A stretch of 64,000 nucleotides of DNA. It comes from a virus. Taxonomy: Duplodnaviria > Heunggongvirae > Uroviricota > Caudoviricetes. The DNA lies in the IMG/VR virus record IMGVR_UViG_3300029466_000004, positions 9,952 to 73,951 of that record; one strand, written 5' to 3'. Below, one piece after another: positions 18,669 to 27,584 of the stretch. A program made the position numbers and the translations under genes. Within the stretch, counting starts at the first letter, position 1. Each line of letters opens with the position of its first letter. The notes under the pieces were generated by a model that was not told the origin of the DNA, searched no databases, and saw only the letters and a list, made by a program, of their open reading frames with translations.

Positions 18669-18929
18669 TTATTCTTTCGGTTCGTCAGGAAGTGGCATCC
18701 AATGGGTTACATGATATAACACATTATCATCAATCAGTTGGGTTTCACTATTGTTTCCATAGAACGCATCCGTCAACACATCATCTGTATACCATTTTTC
18801 GCCTTTGAAGTCACCATAATAACCGAAAGTAACGCCCATCACTTTATCATAAATGATAATCTGAACGTACTTGTCTGGCATCTTATCTTTTACGCTAATC
18901 CAACCCATTCTCGCTCCTTTCTGCATCAT
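18669..18929 (-). CDS. DUF551-family phage protein
   Basis: C-terminal ...VTHWMPLPDEPKE motif. Confidence 0.5.
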   Translation of the reverse strand: MMQKGARMGWISVKDKMPDKYVQIIIYDKVMGVTFGYYGDFKGEKWYTDDVLTDAFYGNNSETQLIDDNVLYHVTHWMPLPDEPKE

Positions 18930-18951
18930 CTGCTCAATGTGCTACATCTGA

Positions 18952-20073
18952 CTATTTCAAGAAGCTATCATCAAACGTAGCATAATCGTCAAGGTCTGCA
19001 TCTTTCAAAATTGAATACATATAAGCGCCGGGGTCTTTTTCAATCCTATCAAGTCGCTCGCTGACAAGAATCCTGTATGCATTCTCAATGATGTTCACAA
19101 CAGCTTCTTTTTTCTTGTTGGGCTTGATGTTCGGATACTTCTCCGGCAATCTCTTTGCCACCAGCTTTGCGGTCAAGATACACTGGCTTTTAGACATCTC
19201 CGGCGCAATAGATGCCCAATCAACATCCTCGTATGCGCCGCTGCGGGGCTTTCTGGCAGGTCGTTGGCTCTTTGGAACATCTTTTAGCTCTACGCTTTCA
19301 ACCTCGTTAGCTTCCACGTCTATGACTGGCTCATTAGACTTGAAAGCTACATTGAACTTTACAGCAACCGCATTGCGACCTCTCATAACCTTGTCATATT
19401 CAACGCACAGGTCTGATACTTCGTTTATTTCAGCTACCGCAATATCAATGACACGCCGCCTAAGATGCTTGAACTCTTGATAGCTAGGTTCTCTTGCACC
19501 AAGCTGTTCCCTTAATCTATCCAACGTAATTTCGGGCTGGCTCACGCCACGTCCGATGAACTCTCGGAGAATTGAATACAGCAAAATGCTATACTGCGAT
19601 TTCATATTCGCTGTGTAGCGCAAGCGATACTTGACATATCCACGCTCTGCAATGTCGAAGAAAACGGGTTGTAGAAGTGGGTTACAGCACAACGACACAG
19701 TAATGTTCATCAAACTAGGTTCAAAATTTACAGTTGCTCTGCTGAACAGGGGATACAGGTCAAACGAGCCTGAACCGTCACCTCTAGGAACTTCAACAGA
19801 GTTGTCGATGAAATGCTTAACCTGTGCTTTCAAATTCCTAGAGTTGATTTTTAACCCTAAAAATTCGCAATATTCTTGTAACGTAAACTGAACCGTTGAA
19901 GTTTCGGGGTCTCTCGGATTGATACGGCTAAGATACACTTCAAGCAGCCGAAGCTCTCCTGCTGTATAGTCAGTGAACTTTGCCCAAACAAGCTGTCTGC
20001 TTTTTTCAACCAAGTTCCCGCCTTTAATATCAGACAATCCTATCACGCCTCCTCTCGTATAAGAGTATATCAC
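18952..20073 (-). CDS. replication initiator protein (plasmid RepA/Rep_3-like, winged-helix)
   Basis: 373 aa; N-terminal wH-like region; immediately downstream of an iteron array and AT-rich region. Confidence 0.55.
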   Translation of the reverse strand: MIYSYTRGGVIGLSDIKGGNLVEKSRQLVWAKFTDYTAGELRLLEVYLSRINPRDPETSTVQFTLQEYCEFLGLKINSRNLKAQVKHFIDNSVEVPRGDGSGSFDLYPLFSRATVNFEPSLMNITVSLCCNPLLQPVFFDIAERGYVKYRLRYTANMKSQYSILLYSILREFIGRGVSQPEITLDRLREQLGAREPSYQEFKHLRRRVIDIAVAEINEVSDLCVEYDKVMRGRNAVAVKFNVAFKSNEPVIDVEANEVESVELKDVPKSQRPARKPRSGAYEDVDWASIAPEMSKSQCILTAKLVAKRLPEKYPNIKPNKKKEAVVNIIENAYRILVSERLDRIEKDPGAYMYSILKDADLDDYATFDDSFLK

Positions 20074-20080
20074 AAACAGG

Positions 20081-20193
20081 TGTACAAATCAATAGCGAGT
20101 GTACACCTGTTTCCACTTCTTGTACACCTAACTGTCCACATTTTGTACACCCGTTTCCACAATCTGTACACCTATATCCATTTTTTGTACACC
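20081..20193. repeat. iteron array: TGTACA(C/A)C x6 at ~21-22 bp spacing (origin of the Rep replicon)
   Basis: copies at 20081, 20100, 20121, 20144, 20165, 20186, followed by an AT-rich stretch; further gtgtacaaaaagtgga copies at ~20388 and ~20558. Confidence 0.6.
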
Positions 20194-20605
20194 TCTTTAC
20201 ATTATATAAAACAAGACTATTAACAGGATTATAAAATAACTTCTACTAATAGCAGAAGAAGAAAATTTTCCACAAAATCTTTTCTTTCTCTCTTAAAAAG
20301 TGGAAAACGCAAAGCGAATACTACTAAATAAACAGCTGTTCAACATCCAAAAGGTTGAAGCGTTTAACGGTTAGCTTTACCTAACGTGTACAAAAAGTGG
20401 ATGAAAAACTTTTAATTCAATGCTATGGGGGACAGATTGACAAGCCAACCAATCGCAGACAATAGATTGACGGTAATTCGTTATTTATTCCGCACGAATG
20501 TTGTCGATTTACAGTTCATGGGGGACGGATTGACAAGGTAAATTTGCCCGATAGGTGTACAAAAAGTGGACAAAATGTTCTTCAAAAACTGCGATAATTC
20601 GACAA

Positions 20606-21201
20606 TCAGCCAGTTATATTATTTGGATTCACGGTATAAGAATCGTTGGACTTCATAGCAGCTTCCGTTCCAGCGTCCTGTGCCTGATAGAGAATTTCCA
20701 TCTTCGGGGCGGTTCCATTCGGGTCTGGGTCTGTTCCGGTAGCTTGCGCTATCTCGTAGTTGCCCGATACCATCCGGCAAACAGAGACCCTGTCCTTCAA
20801 CGGTGTGTGGAGGTTTGCCAGAACCTCCGTCAGCACACCCATATGGTCTGATCCGTGATCTCCGTACCGGATGTACAACAAGGCATCTATTTCGTAGGAA
20901 GAACATTCCATCATAGCATCTATGAGAATCTGCCGCCTCTCCAGACCAGGAAGGTCATCTTCCAAATGTTCCAGCAGCCCCGGGTAAATGCAAGCGTCCA
21001 TGTATCGAGCCGCCGATACGCCGCAACAGGTAAACCAGCGCATAGCCATTGGCAGGGAAATGGCTGCCAGACCTTGCTCCCAGTTGGCAATCGTGCCACG
21101 ATTCACGCCCATTCGTGCTGCTAATTTCTGCTGGCTTAAGCCGGAACGCATCCGTGCCATCTCTAATGTTTTGGCCGTTCTTACTAAATATTCATCCATA
21201 A
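20606..21201 (-). CDS. XRE-family HTH repressor with C-terminal domain (CI-like)
   Basis: RMRSGLSQQKLAARMGVNRGTIANWEQG HTH; leftward gene with a divergent intergenic region. Confidence 0.6.
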
Positions 21202-21335
21202 ATTCACGCCCTTTCAACAAAATTCTGCAAAACTGCCGGATTCGACAAGCCAAAAAATGGAAAAAGCTGCTATGGAGAACCAACAGCAGCCTGTGTTATA
21301 ACTGTATTGTCAAAAAATTCCAAATAGAAAGGAAA

Positions 21336-21452
21336 CACAAAATGAAAGAAACTGCAATCTGGAACCATGAACGTATGCCGATCATCGACGGAATGCCCGC
21401 CAGCGTTACCGATGGGCAGCCACACACACCTGAACCATGGGAGGAAAGCTAA
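21336..21452 (+). CDS. small hypothetical protein (38 aa)
   Basis: short ORF with a weak RBS opposite the repressor. Confidence 0.2.
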   Translation, partial: HKMKETAIWNHERMPIIDGMPASVTDGQPHTPEPWEES

Positions 21453-21658
21453 TGAACCGAACTGTAGATGCTCTGATTGTCCCATACGCCCGCAGACGGA
21501 CGCTGGAGCTTGTCCTGAGCCTTTCTGGGTATGAAGCTGATAAAGATGCTTACCTCGAAGCAAAAGGCATCCTGGAACGCGCCGTAGCCGCCTTAGACGA
21601 TGGGCGAGACCCGGCAGACAGCATCGAACGCATTGACGGACAGCTCGTAGAGCTGTGA
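21452..21658 (+). CDS. hypothetical small protein
   Basis: ORF after the divergent promoter region. Confidence 0.3.
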   Translation: MNRTVDALIVPYARRRTLELVLSLSGYEADKDAYLEAKGILERAVAALDDGRDPADSIERIDGQLVEL

Positions 21659-21774
21659 TTGGAGGAAAAATGGATAGGCGTTGTCCCTTTTGACTTGAAC
21701 GCTCGTGGCTTCCCCGATGTAAAGTAACGGATGTGAAGAAAACGTTCGATTTTTGCGAAGTTGTTCAAATTGCA

Positions 21775-21802
21775 TTGACTACACAACCAAAAGATGTATA
21801 AT
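21775..21802 (+). promoter_or_regulatory. sigma-A-like promoter (TTGACT-16-TATAAT with TG immediately upstream of the -10)
   Basis: ttgact acacaaccaaaagatg tataat. Confidence 0.5.
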
Positions 21803-21849
21803 CATATCAAATGAACATTCGTATTTACTGATCGGGAGGATATGCTGCA

Positions 21850-21951
21850 ATGAGCGAACAAGAAAGAGCTAAGATTGACAGGTTTATCGCATGGCTGTTG
21901 GAACACCCTGATAAGATTCCGGCAGCGGAGCAAGCCTTAGGCCTAGAATAA
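21850..21951 (+). CDS. orphan 33-aa ORF with its own promoter and terminator
   Basis: GGGAGG RBS; MSEQERAKIDRFIAWLLEHPDKIPAAEQALGLE. Confidence 0.35.
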   Translation: MSEQERAKIDRFIAWLLEHPDKIPAAEQALGLE

Positions 21952-21958
21952 CAGAAAA

Positions 21959-22005
21959 CCCCTTGCGCAGAGCTACACCAGCCCGGCACAAGGGGTTTTT
22001 ATTTT
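21959..22005 (+). terminator. Rho-independent terminator
   Basis: ccccttg...caagggg hairpin followed by tttttatttt. Confidence 0.65.
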
Positions 22006-22155
22006 ACCGGGTCAGAACCATTTCTTTTTTCGGTTTCTACGGTAACGATATTTTCTGCTGTTGCCATATAGCACACGGTCATTGCCTTTTAACAAGGCCT
22101 GCATGAACCAAAAGCAAAAGGCGCAGCCGCACAACAAGTAATACACGGGCTTACC

Positions 22156-22485
22156 TCACATCTTCTCGATCAGGTTCATCAGCGCTTCACGCTGCGCTGT
22201 CGGCATAGATTCAAGCTTTTTTCTAATCCGCTCCACTGCTGCATCGACTTCACTTTGTGGCTGCTGGGGCGGGTTTTCTTTTTGCTCGCCAGAAACCAAA
22301 GCATCCACGCTTGTTTCAAAATAAGAAGCTATCTTATCAAGCGTTTCATATTTCAATGTTTGCTTTCTTCCGTTCTTCAAATCGGTCAAAGACCCACGGC
22401 TTGCGCCCGATTCCTTGCACATAGTGGTCACGTTTACTCCACGCTGCTTGCAGAGTTTTTCAATATTTTCGTACAAGTTTGCCAT
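22156..22485 (-). CDS. XRE-family HTH repressor (short CI-like)
   Basis: CKQRGVNVTTMCKESGASRGSLTDLKNGRKQ HTH; divergent from the Cro-like gene. Confidence 0.6.
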   Translation of the reverse strand: MANLYENIEKLCKQRGVNVTTMCKESGASRGSLTDLKNGRKQTLKYETLDKIASYFETSVDALVSGEQKENPPQQPQSEVDAAVERIRKKLESMPTAQREALMNLIEKM

Positions 22486-22661
22486 AATTCCAGTCCTCGC
22501 ATTGTAAGGTTTGCTGAAATTACGCGAACGCTTAAAAAGGTCTTGCATTTTACGCGAAAGCGTATTATACTAAGACCGTACCGCGAAGGCGTAATGAATG
22601 ATTTCTAGCAACTTCATTATATTACACTTATGCGTAAAAATCAATAGCCGGAGGTGAAATA
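22486..22661. promoter_or_regulatory. genetic switch region with three operator palindromes (TTACGCGAA-GCGTAA consensus)
   Basis: aattacgcgaacgcttaa, ttttacgcgaaagcgtatta, taccgcgaaggcgtaa between divergent repressor and cro-like genes. Confidence 0.5.
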
Positions 22662-22883
22662 ATGGCTGAAAAAAAGCCTCTGTGTGACTTTGGCAAACAA
22701 ATCGAGATTGCTCTTATCCAAAAAGACAAGACCAATGACTGGTTGATTGAAAAAGTCAAGGAGGACACCGGACGATATTTTGACCGTTCTTACCTTTTCA
22801 AGGTTAAGACAGGGAAGCTGGAAACGCCCGGCATCAAGAAAAGCATCTGCCGGATTTTGAATATTCAGGATTCGAGCGAGTAA
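22662..22883 (+). CDS. Cro-like small regulator
   Basis: 73 aa, first rightward gene of the switch, GGAGG RBS. Confidence 0.45.
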   Translation: MAEKKPLCDFGKQIEIALIQKDKTNDWLIEKVKEDTGRYFDRSYLFKVKTGKLETPGIKKSICRILNIQDSSE

Positions 22884-22896
22884 GAAAGGAGCAAAA

Positions 22897-23673
22897 ATGA
22901 ATGACATCATCTTATCCAACCAGAACGGCGAGCCGGTAGCATCTAGCCGTCAGATTGCAGAGAATTTCGACAAGAATCACCGTGACGTTCTTAGAGCGGT
23001 GGATAACCTCAAAGAAGATGTGCGCAATTTTGCGCAGATGTTCTTTGAAACCACCGTGCCGGACAGCTACGGCAGGGAACAGAGGGCTTACCTAATGAAC
23101 CGTGACGGTTTCACCCTGCTGGCTATGGGATTTACCGGAAAGGCGGCTCTTGAGTGGAAGCTCAAGTACATTGCAGCGTTCAACGAAATGGAGAAGAAGC
23201 TGGCTAAACAGCCGCAGCTTACCCGCTCGCAGCTCCTTGCAACTGCGCTGATCGCAGCGCACGAAGAGCTGGAAGAGAAGGACAAACGGATTGCAGAGCT
23301 GACACCTGATGCAGAGTTTGCTCGTGCTGTGTGCATTGCAGACAACTGCCGGACAGCCACCAGCATTGCAAAGGACTACGGTTTGACTGCTGAAAAACTG
23401 AACAAGCTGCTTTACAGCCAGCGAGTCCAGTACAAAGACAGCGATGGTCAGTGGGTGCTGTACAAGCCCTATCAAGGCAAGGGATACACCAAGAATCGAA
23501 AAGGCAAAGCCATTCAGCGCTCTAACGGCAAGACTTATATCCCGAACACGACGGTCTGGACGGTCGAGGGCGAAAAGCTCATCCATGAGCAGCTTAAGAA
23601 GCTGGGCATCACGCCGAGAATCGAGACCAAAGCTGTTGCAGAACAGCAGGATTTCGGTGGATGGGAGGACTGA
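22897..23673 (+). CDS. phage regulatory protein Rha / antirepressor
   Basis: N-terminal ...SSRQIAENFDKNHRDVLRAVDNL... Rha-like; paralog at 42722-43501. Confidence 0.65.
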   Translation: MNDIILSNQNGEPVASSRQIAENFDKNHRDVLRAVDNLKEDVRNFAQMFFETTVPDSYGREQRAYLMNRDGFTLLAMGFTGKAALEWKLKYIAAFNEMEKKLAKQPQLTRSQLLATALIAAHEELEEKDKRIAELTPDAEFARAVCIADNCRTATSIAKDYGLTAEKLNKLLYSQRVQYKDSDGQWVLYKPYQGKGYTKNRKGKAIQRSNGKTYIPNTTVWTVEGEKLIHEQLKKLGITPRIETKAVAEQQDFGGWED

Positions 23674-23675
23674 GC

Positions 23676-24062
23676 ATGGAACAGATTTTGACATTGAAGG
23701 TAGACCTTGAGCACCCGGACGATGCGAAGTTCGCCATTGACAAGGCGGTGGACGCTTACGAAGCGGACAAACTGAAGTGGACAGAAGAGGAGATTGCCGA
23801 AGCAAAGCATCTGGCGATGAAGATTATGACGCAGCTATGCTTGGACGGGTACGACATTAATTGGTGCAACACCGGAGAAGCCTACGGATTTATCTCGATC
23901 ACCTTGTGGCTCAGGTCTGAAAACGACAAAAAAACGGACTGCGCTTGTTTGATGAGCCTGGATAAATGGAATCTGTGGATTGCAAAGTGCATCTGCTTGT
24001 GTCGAACTACCGGCAGGAACGTGCCTGCGTTCATCGTCAAAAAGGCTGGTGAGTGCTGGTGA
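23676..24062 (+). CDS. hypothetical protein
   Basis: coupled ORF. Confidence 0.35.
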   Translation: MEQILTLKVDLEHPDDAKFAIDKAVDAYEADKLKWTEEEIAEAKHLAMKIMTQLCLDGYDINWCNTGEAYGFISITLWLRSENDKKTDCACLMSLDKWNLWIAKCICLCRTTGRNVPAFIVKKAGECW

Positions 24063-24244
24063 TGGAATTTCGCAAAGCGCAAAGCCGCAAACGCAGAATG
24101 AAGCTGGCAATGGCTGCTGGCGTATCACGAAACGATGCCAACAAGGTGCTTTGGATGGAGAAGTCCATCAACCAGTGCTTTGAACGCCATAATCGAGAAG
24201 CCAGACTGAAAGAGAGTGGTCGCATTGGAAGAAAAGTACTGTGA
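24062..24244 (+). CDS. small basic protein
   Basis: ATGA coupling. Confidence 0.3.
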   Translation: MEFRKAQSRKRRMKLAMAAGVSRNDANKVLWMEKSINQCFERHNREARLKESGRIGRKVL

Positions 24245-24635
24245 GCGCTGCGGCCTGTATCTTGGGGTTGTCAGACCGACAAGACGGTATTGCACGGAAT
24301 GCAAGAGCGAGGCAAGCAAGGAACGTAGTAAAGAGCGAAAAAGGGCAGAGACTTCCTTCAAGCTGAAGAGTACTTTCTGTGCATGGTGCGGCAAGCCGAT
24401 GCTAAAAAAATCAGCGGCGCAAAAATATCACAAAGAATGCGCTGTGGAAGCGAATAAGGCAAAGTCGGGGATGGCCGCAAAAGCCGCTTACAGAGCGAAA
24501 AAACAAGAAACAAAGAAACAGGAAAAGACGTTCCCATCTATCGGAGAAGTTCAAGCTTTCGCCGATAAGCTCGGCAAGCATTACGGCGAAGTATCACGGA
24601 TGCTCGCAACAGGAGAATTGACTTATGAACGGTAA
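24216..24635 (+). CDS. zinc-finger protein (CxxC x3)
   Basis: CERCG...CTEC...CAWCG; Lys-rich C-terminus. Confidence 0.35.
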   Translation: MVALEEKYCERCGLYLGVVRPTRRYCTECKSEASKERSKERKRAETSFKLKSTFCAWCGKPMLKKSAAQKYHKECAVEANKAKSGMAAKAAYRAKKQETKKQEKTFPSIGEVQAFADKLGKHYGEVSRMLATGELTYER

Positions 24636-24715
24636 ATACTACGGCAAGCGAGAAATCCGCTGGCACGGCCGGGAGAAAGAACGGCTGGAACACATCAACA
24701 AGCGAAAGGAGAAAA

Positions 24716-24916
24716 ATGAAAGCACTTGTGGAAATCGCCCTAATCTGGGGCATCATTCTGGCGTTGATTCTTGCAGCGTTCCTTTTGAACCTGTGGCTGG
24801 TACACCTCATTGAACTACTGGTCGGCGCAAAAGGCACATGGGGGATCATCGTGGCGGCCGCTGTAATGGCAACAGGATGGATTTTTAGTTTTGGAAGCAA
24901 AAAGGAGAGCAAATGA
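24716..24916 (+). CDS. small membrane protein (2 TM)
   Basis: hydrophobic segments ALIWGIILALILAAFLL and GIIVAAAVMATGWIF. Confidence 0.4.
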   Translation: MKALVEIALIWGIILALILAAFLLNLWLVHLIELLVGAKGTWGIIVAAAVMATGWIFSFGSKKESK

Positions 24917-25176
24917 AAACTTTGAAAGGCATGGTGTTGTCAATGCTCGGTCTGGTTGCGGCAATCGCATCAGTCGGGTGCGGAGACACGATTCAGGGCT
25001 GTCAGACCACCTCGCAGATGTTCGGATGGGCGATTGTATCTTGCGGTCTGCTTGCGGTGGCTATCGTTCTGTGTGCTCTGGCTGTTAGCGCCGAAGAAGA
25101 AAAACGCCGCGAACGCGAGCGCCGGAAAATCAAGCATGTTGCCTACCACACGAACGAGTGGAGGGATGCTCGATGA
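24913..25176 (+). CDS. small membrane protein (2 TM)
   Basis: VLSMLGLVAAIASVG and AIVSCGLLAVAIVLCALAV. Confidence 0.4.
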   Translation: MKTLKGMVLSMLGLVAAIASVGCGDTIQGCQTTSQMFGWAIVSCGLLAVAIVLCALAVSAEEEKRRERERRKIKHVAYHTNEWRDAR

Positions 25177-25367
25177 AATGCCCGTTATGCGGTAGCGACA
25201 ACATCACAACGGTTGACAGCCGGTCTGCCCCCGACAGCATCGTTCGCAGAAAAAAGTGCCTTGTATGTAACTACCGGTGGTCTACCATTGAAATCGACAA
25301 AGACCAGTGGTACAGCGCACTGCAAATCAAAGAGGAACGTAAGAAGGGGAGACCGAAAGATGATTAA
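25173..25367 (+). CDS. NrdR-like zinc-ribbon-only protein (no ATP-cone)
   Basis: MKCPLCGSDNITTVDSRSAPDSIVRRKKCLVCNYRWSTIE resembles the NrdR N-terminal zinc ribbon; only 64 aa. Confidence 0.4.
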   Translation: MKCPLCGSDNITTVDSRSAPDSIVRRKKCLVCNYRWSTIEIDKDQWYSALQIKEERKKGRPKDD

Positions 25368-25554
25368 CCTCGACAGATTCGGTGGCGTGACAGAGCCGGA
25401 GGACGGCGTGTATTTTATGACCAACGAGCAGATGGCAGAAGCCAAAAAAACTGACCGTATGGCTGAGATTGAGGACTTGCAGTCTGAGATTGAGGGCAGA
25501 GAAGCAGAGCTGAAAAACCTCCGCGCACAGTTGGCAGACCTGATGGCTGGTTGA
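25360..25554 (+). CDS. small coiled-coil protein
   Basis: overlapping coupled ORF. Confidence 0.3.
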   Translation: MINLDRFGGVTEPEDGVYFMTNEQMAEAKKTDRMAEIEDLQSEIEGREAELKNLRAQLADLMAG

Positions 25555-25626
25555 TTTTGTACAGCCAAATTAAGCCAAAGTAAGAACAATGAAGCCTAAT
25601 AAAGCCGAAGAAAGGAGGACGATTCC

Positions 25627-26151
25627 ATGACCGATAAGGAACTTGTCGAGTATCTTTGCAAATGGTTTTACGTTGATTCTGGAGGTACGTTACACAGAAA
25701 AGACAGGAAAAACAGTGCAGGAAGCTACGATAAAGACGGTTATTTGATTGTAAAAATCAAAGGGAAACAATACAAAGCACACCGCCTTGTATACGCACTT
25801 CATTATGGGCTAATGCCTATTGGAGTAATCGATCATATTAATGGAATCAGGACAGACAACAGGATTGAGAATCTTCGCTGCGTAACCCAAGCTGATAATG
25901 TTGCAAATACTGTTCAGGCCAGAAACACTTTAACTGGCGAGTACGGAATCTACGAAGACCGTTCAACGAAAGGTTTGAAACGCAAATATTCGTTCCACTT
26001 TAGCGGCAAAACATACCGATTCAAAACCATAGAAGAAGCTAAGAAAGCAAAAGATGCTTTATGGAAGGAGAAATATGGAAACACTTGTGAAGCTTTCCAA
26101 AATTCAAGGCGAGCTGAAAGCCCCAAAAAGCCAGCGCAATTCTTTTGGTAA
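25627..26151 (+). CDS. HNH homing endonuclease (HNH_3-like)
   Basis: YKAHRLVYALHYGLMPIGVIDHINGIRTDNRIENLRCVTQADN; 3' end overlaps the ERF start. Confidence 0.6.
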   Translation: MTDKELVEYLCKWFYVDSGGTLHRKDRKNSAGSYDKDGYLIVKIKGKQYKAHRLVYALHYGLMPIGVIDHINGIRTDNRIENLRCVTQADNVANTVQARNTLTGEYGIYEDRSTKGLKRKYSFHFSGKTYRFKTIEEAKKAKDALWKEKYGNTCEAFQNSRRAESPKKPAQFFW

Positions 26152-26677
26152 GTACAATTACCGCAGCTGCGAAGACATTCTGGAAGCAGTAAAACCACTC
26201 CTTGCGAAATACGGAGCCTGTCTTGTTCTTGAAGACGAGCCTGTACAGAGTGGCGAGTACCACTATATCAAAGCGACTGCAACAATCTACGATTCGGAGA
26301 CCGGAGACAAAATATCTAACACGGCATACGCCAGAGAGCCAAAGCAACAATCTGGTATGTCAGATTCCCAACTTACCGGCACTGCAAGCAGCTACGCCAG
26401 AAAGTACGCACTGAACGGTTTGTTCTGCATTGACGATACGAAGGACGCTGACACGGACGAGTACCAGAAGCAGACCACAAGCAGGGCAAACAAGCCTGCG
26501 CAGAAGCAAACGGAAGCGGAAACCATCCCCCCATGCGCTTGCTGCGGAAAGCAGTTGCAGCCTATTCAGTACAACAACCGCACAGTCACTCCGCTGGAAA
26601 CTGCAAGAAGCACGAAGAAACGCTTTGGGCGTGTCCTGTGTTGGGACTGTGCTCAGAAACAACCGAAGGAGGGCTAA
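26075..26677 (+). CDS. ERF-family single-strand annealing protein
   Basis: LSKIQGELKAPKSQRNSFGKYNYRSCEDILEAVKPLL typical ERF N-terminus; followed by SSB. Confidence 0.65.
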   Translation: METLVKLSKIQGELKAPKSQRNSFGKYNYRSCEDILEAVKPLLAKYGACLVLEDEPVQSGEYHYIKATATIYDSETGDKISNTAYAREPKQQSGMSDSQLTGTASSYARKYALNGLFCIDDTKDADTDEYQKQTTSRANKPAQKQTEAETIPPCACCGKQLQPIQYNNRTVTPLETARSTKKRFGRVLCWDCAQKQPKEG

Positions 26678-26680
26678 ACA

Positions 26681-27100
26681 ATGCTTAACTCTATCGCAAT
26701 TCAGGGGCGTCTGGTTCACACGCCTGAAGCTAAGGTCACGAAGTCTGGCAAGGATGTTTGTACGTTCAGCATTGCTTGCGACCGCCAGAGTGGCGGTCAG
26801 AAGGAAACCGACTTCTTTAACTGCACCGCATTTGGCAATACGGCGCTGTTTGTTTCCAAGTGGTTCCAGAAGGGTAGCCTAATTCTGGCGACTGGCAGCA
26901 TCCAGACCCGGAAATATACCGACAAGCAGGGGAACAACCGCACTGCAACAGAAATCATGGCGAACAAGGTTGACTTCTGCGGTGGAAAGTCTGACAGCAA
27001 GCCCGCCGATCGGGCGCAGGATGCACCGCAAAATTACTCTCAGGGCGACACGGACGATTTCTCTGTGATTGACGACAGTTCTGATCTCCCTTTTGACTAA
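26681..27100 (+). CDS. ssb: single-stranded DNA-binding protein
   Basis: OB-fold N-terminus, Gly/Gln-rich linker, acidic tail ...DDSSDLPFD. Confidence 0.8.
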   Translation: MLNSIAIQGRLVHTPEAKVTKSGKDVCTFSIACDRQSGGQKETDFFNCTAFGNTALFVSKWFQKGSLILATGSIQTRKYTDKQGNNRTATEIMANKVDFCGGKSDSKPADRAQDAPQNYSQGDTDDFSVIDDSSDLPFD

Positions 27101-27180
27101 CGGTTACGCTACCGGAACAAAAGGCAAACCGCCTACCTTATATAAGAGCTGCGCTATCTGGCTGGACGGGCGTTTGGAAG

Positions 27181-27399
27181 ATGATTACCTGTTGTCTCAA
27201 CTGCAAATCACGCCACACAGCTTGCCACGACACTTGCGAGAAGTACAAGACAGAGAAGAAAGACTTTGAGGATCGCAAGGCATTCGTGCATGAGTTGAAC
27301 CACAGCCAGAGCGTGTACCACCGCAACTACGAGGATAAGCACCGGGAACGCGGCAAGAAGCGGTTTCTCGGAAGTGAATTTAGAGGTGAACAAGGATGA
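27181..27399 (+). CDS. small Cys-rich protein
   Basis: CCLNCKSRHTACHDTCEKY. Confidence 0.3.
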   Translation: MITCCLNCKSRHTACHDTCEKYKTEKKDFEDRKAFVHELNHSQSVYHRNYEDKHRERGKKRFLGSEFRGEQG

Positions 27400-27584
27400 A
27401 CGAATGGAGAGATATAGTAAAAAATCCACCTCACAAATTGGATGGAGATTCGAGGGGGAACATTTTGGTTTGGTATAGCAATACGAAACGCGCAGAAGTT
27501 GTGAAAATGACCGTTGCGGTGTCGTTTCCTGACATTATGCCGTTCTGGATGCCACTCCCCAAACAACCAAAAGACAACGAATGA
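27396..27584 (+). CDS. DUF551-like small protein
   Basis: ...MPFWMPLPKQPKDNE C-terminus. Confidence 0.35.
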   Translation: MNEWRDIVKNPPHKLDGDSRGNILVWYSNTKRAEVVKMTVAVSFPDIMPFWMPLPKQPKDNE

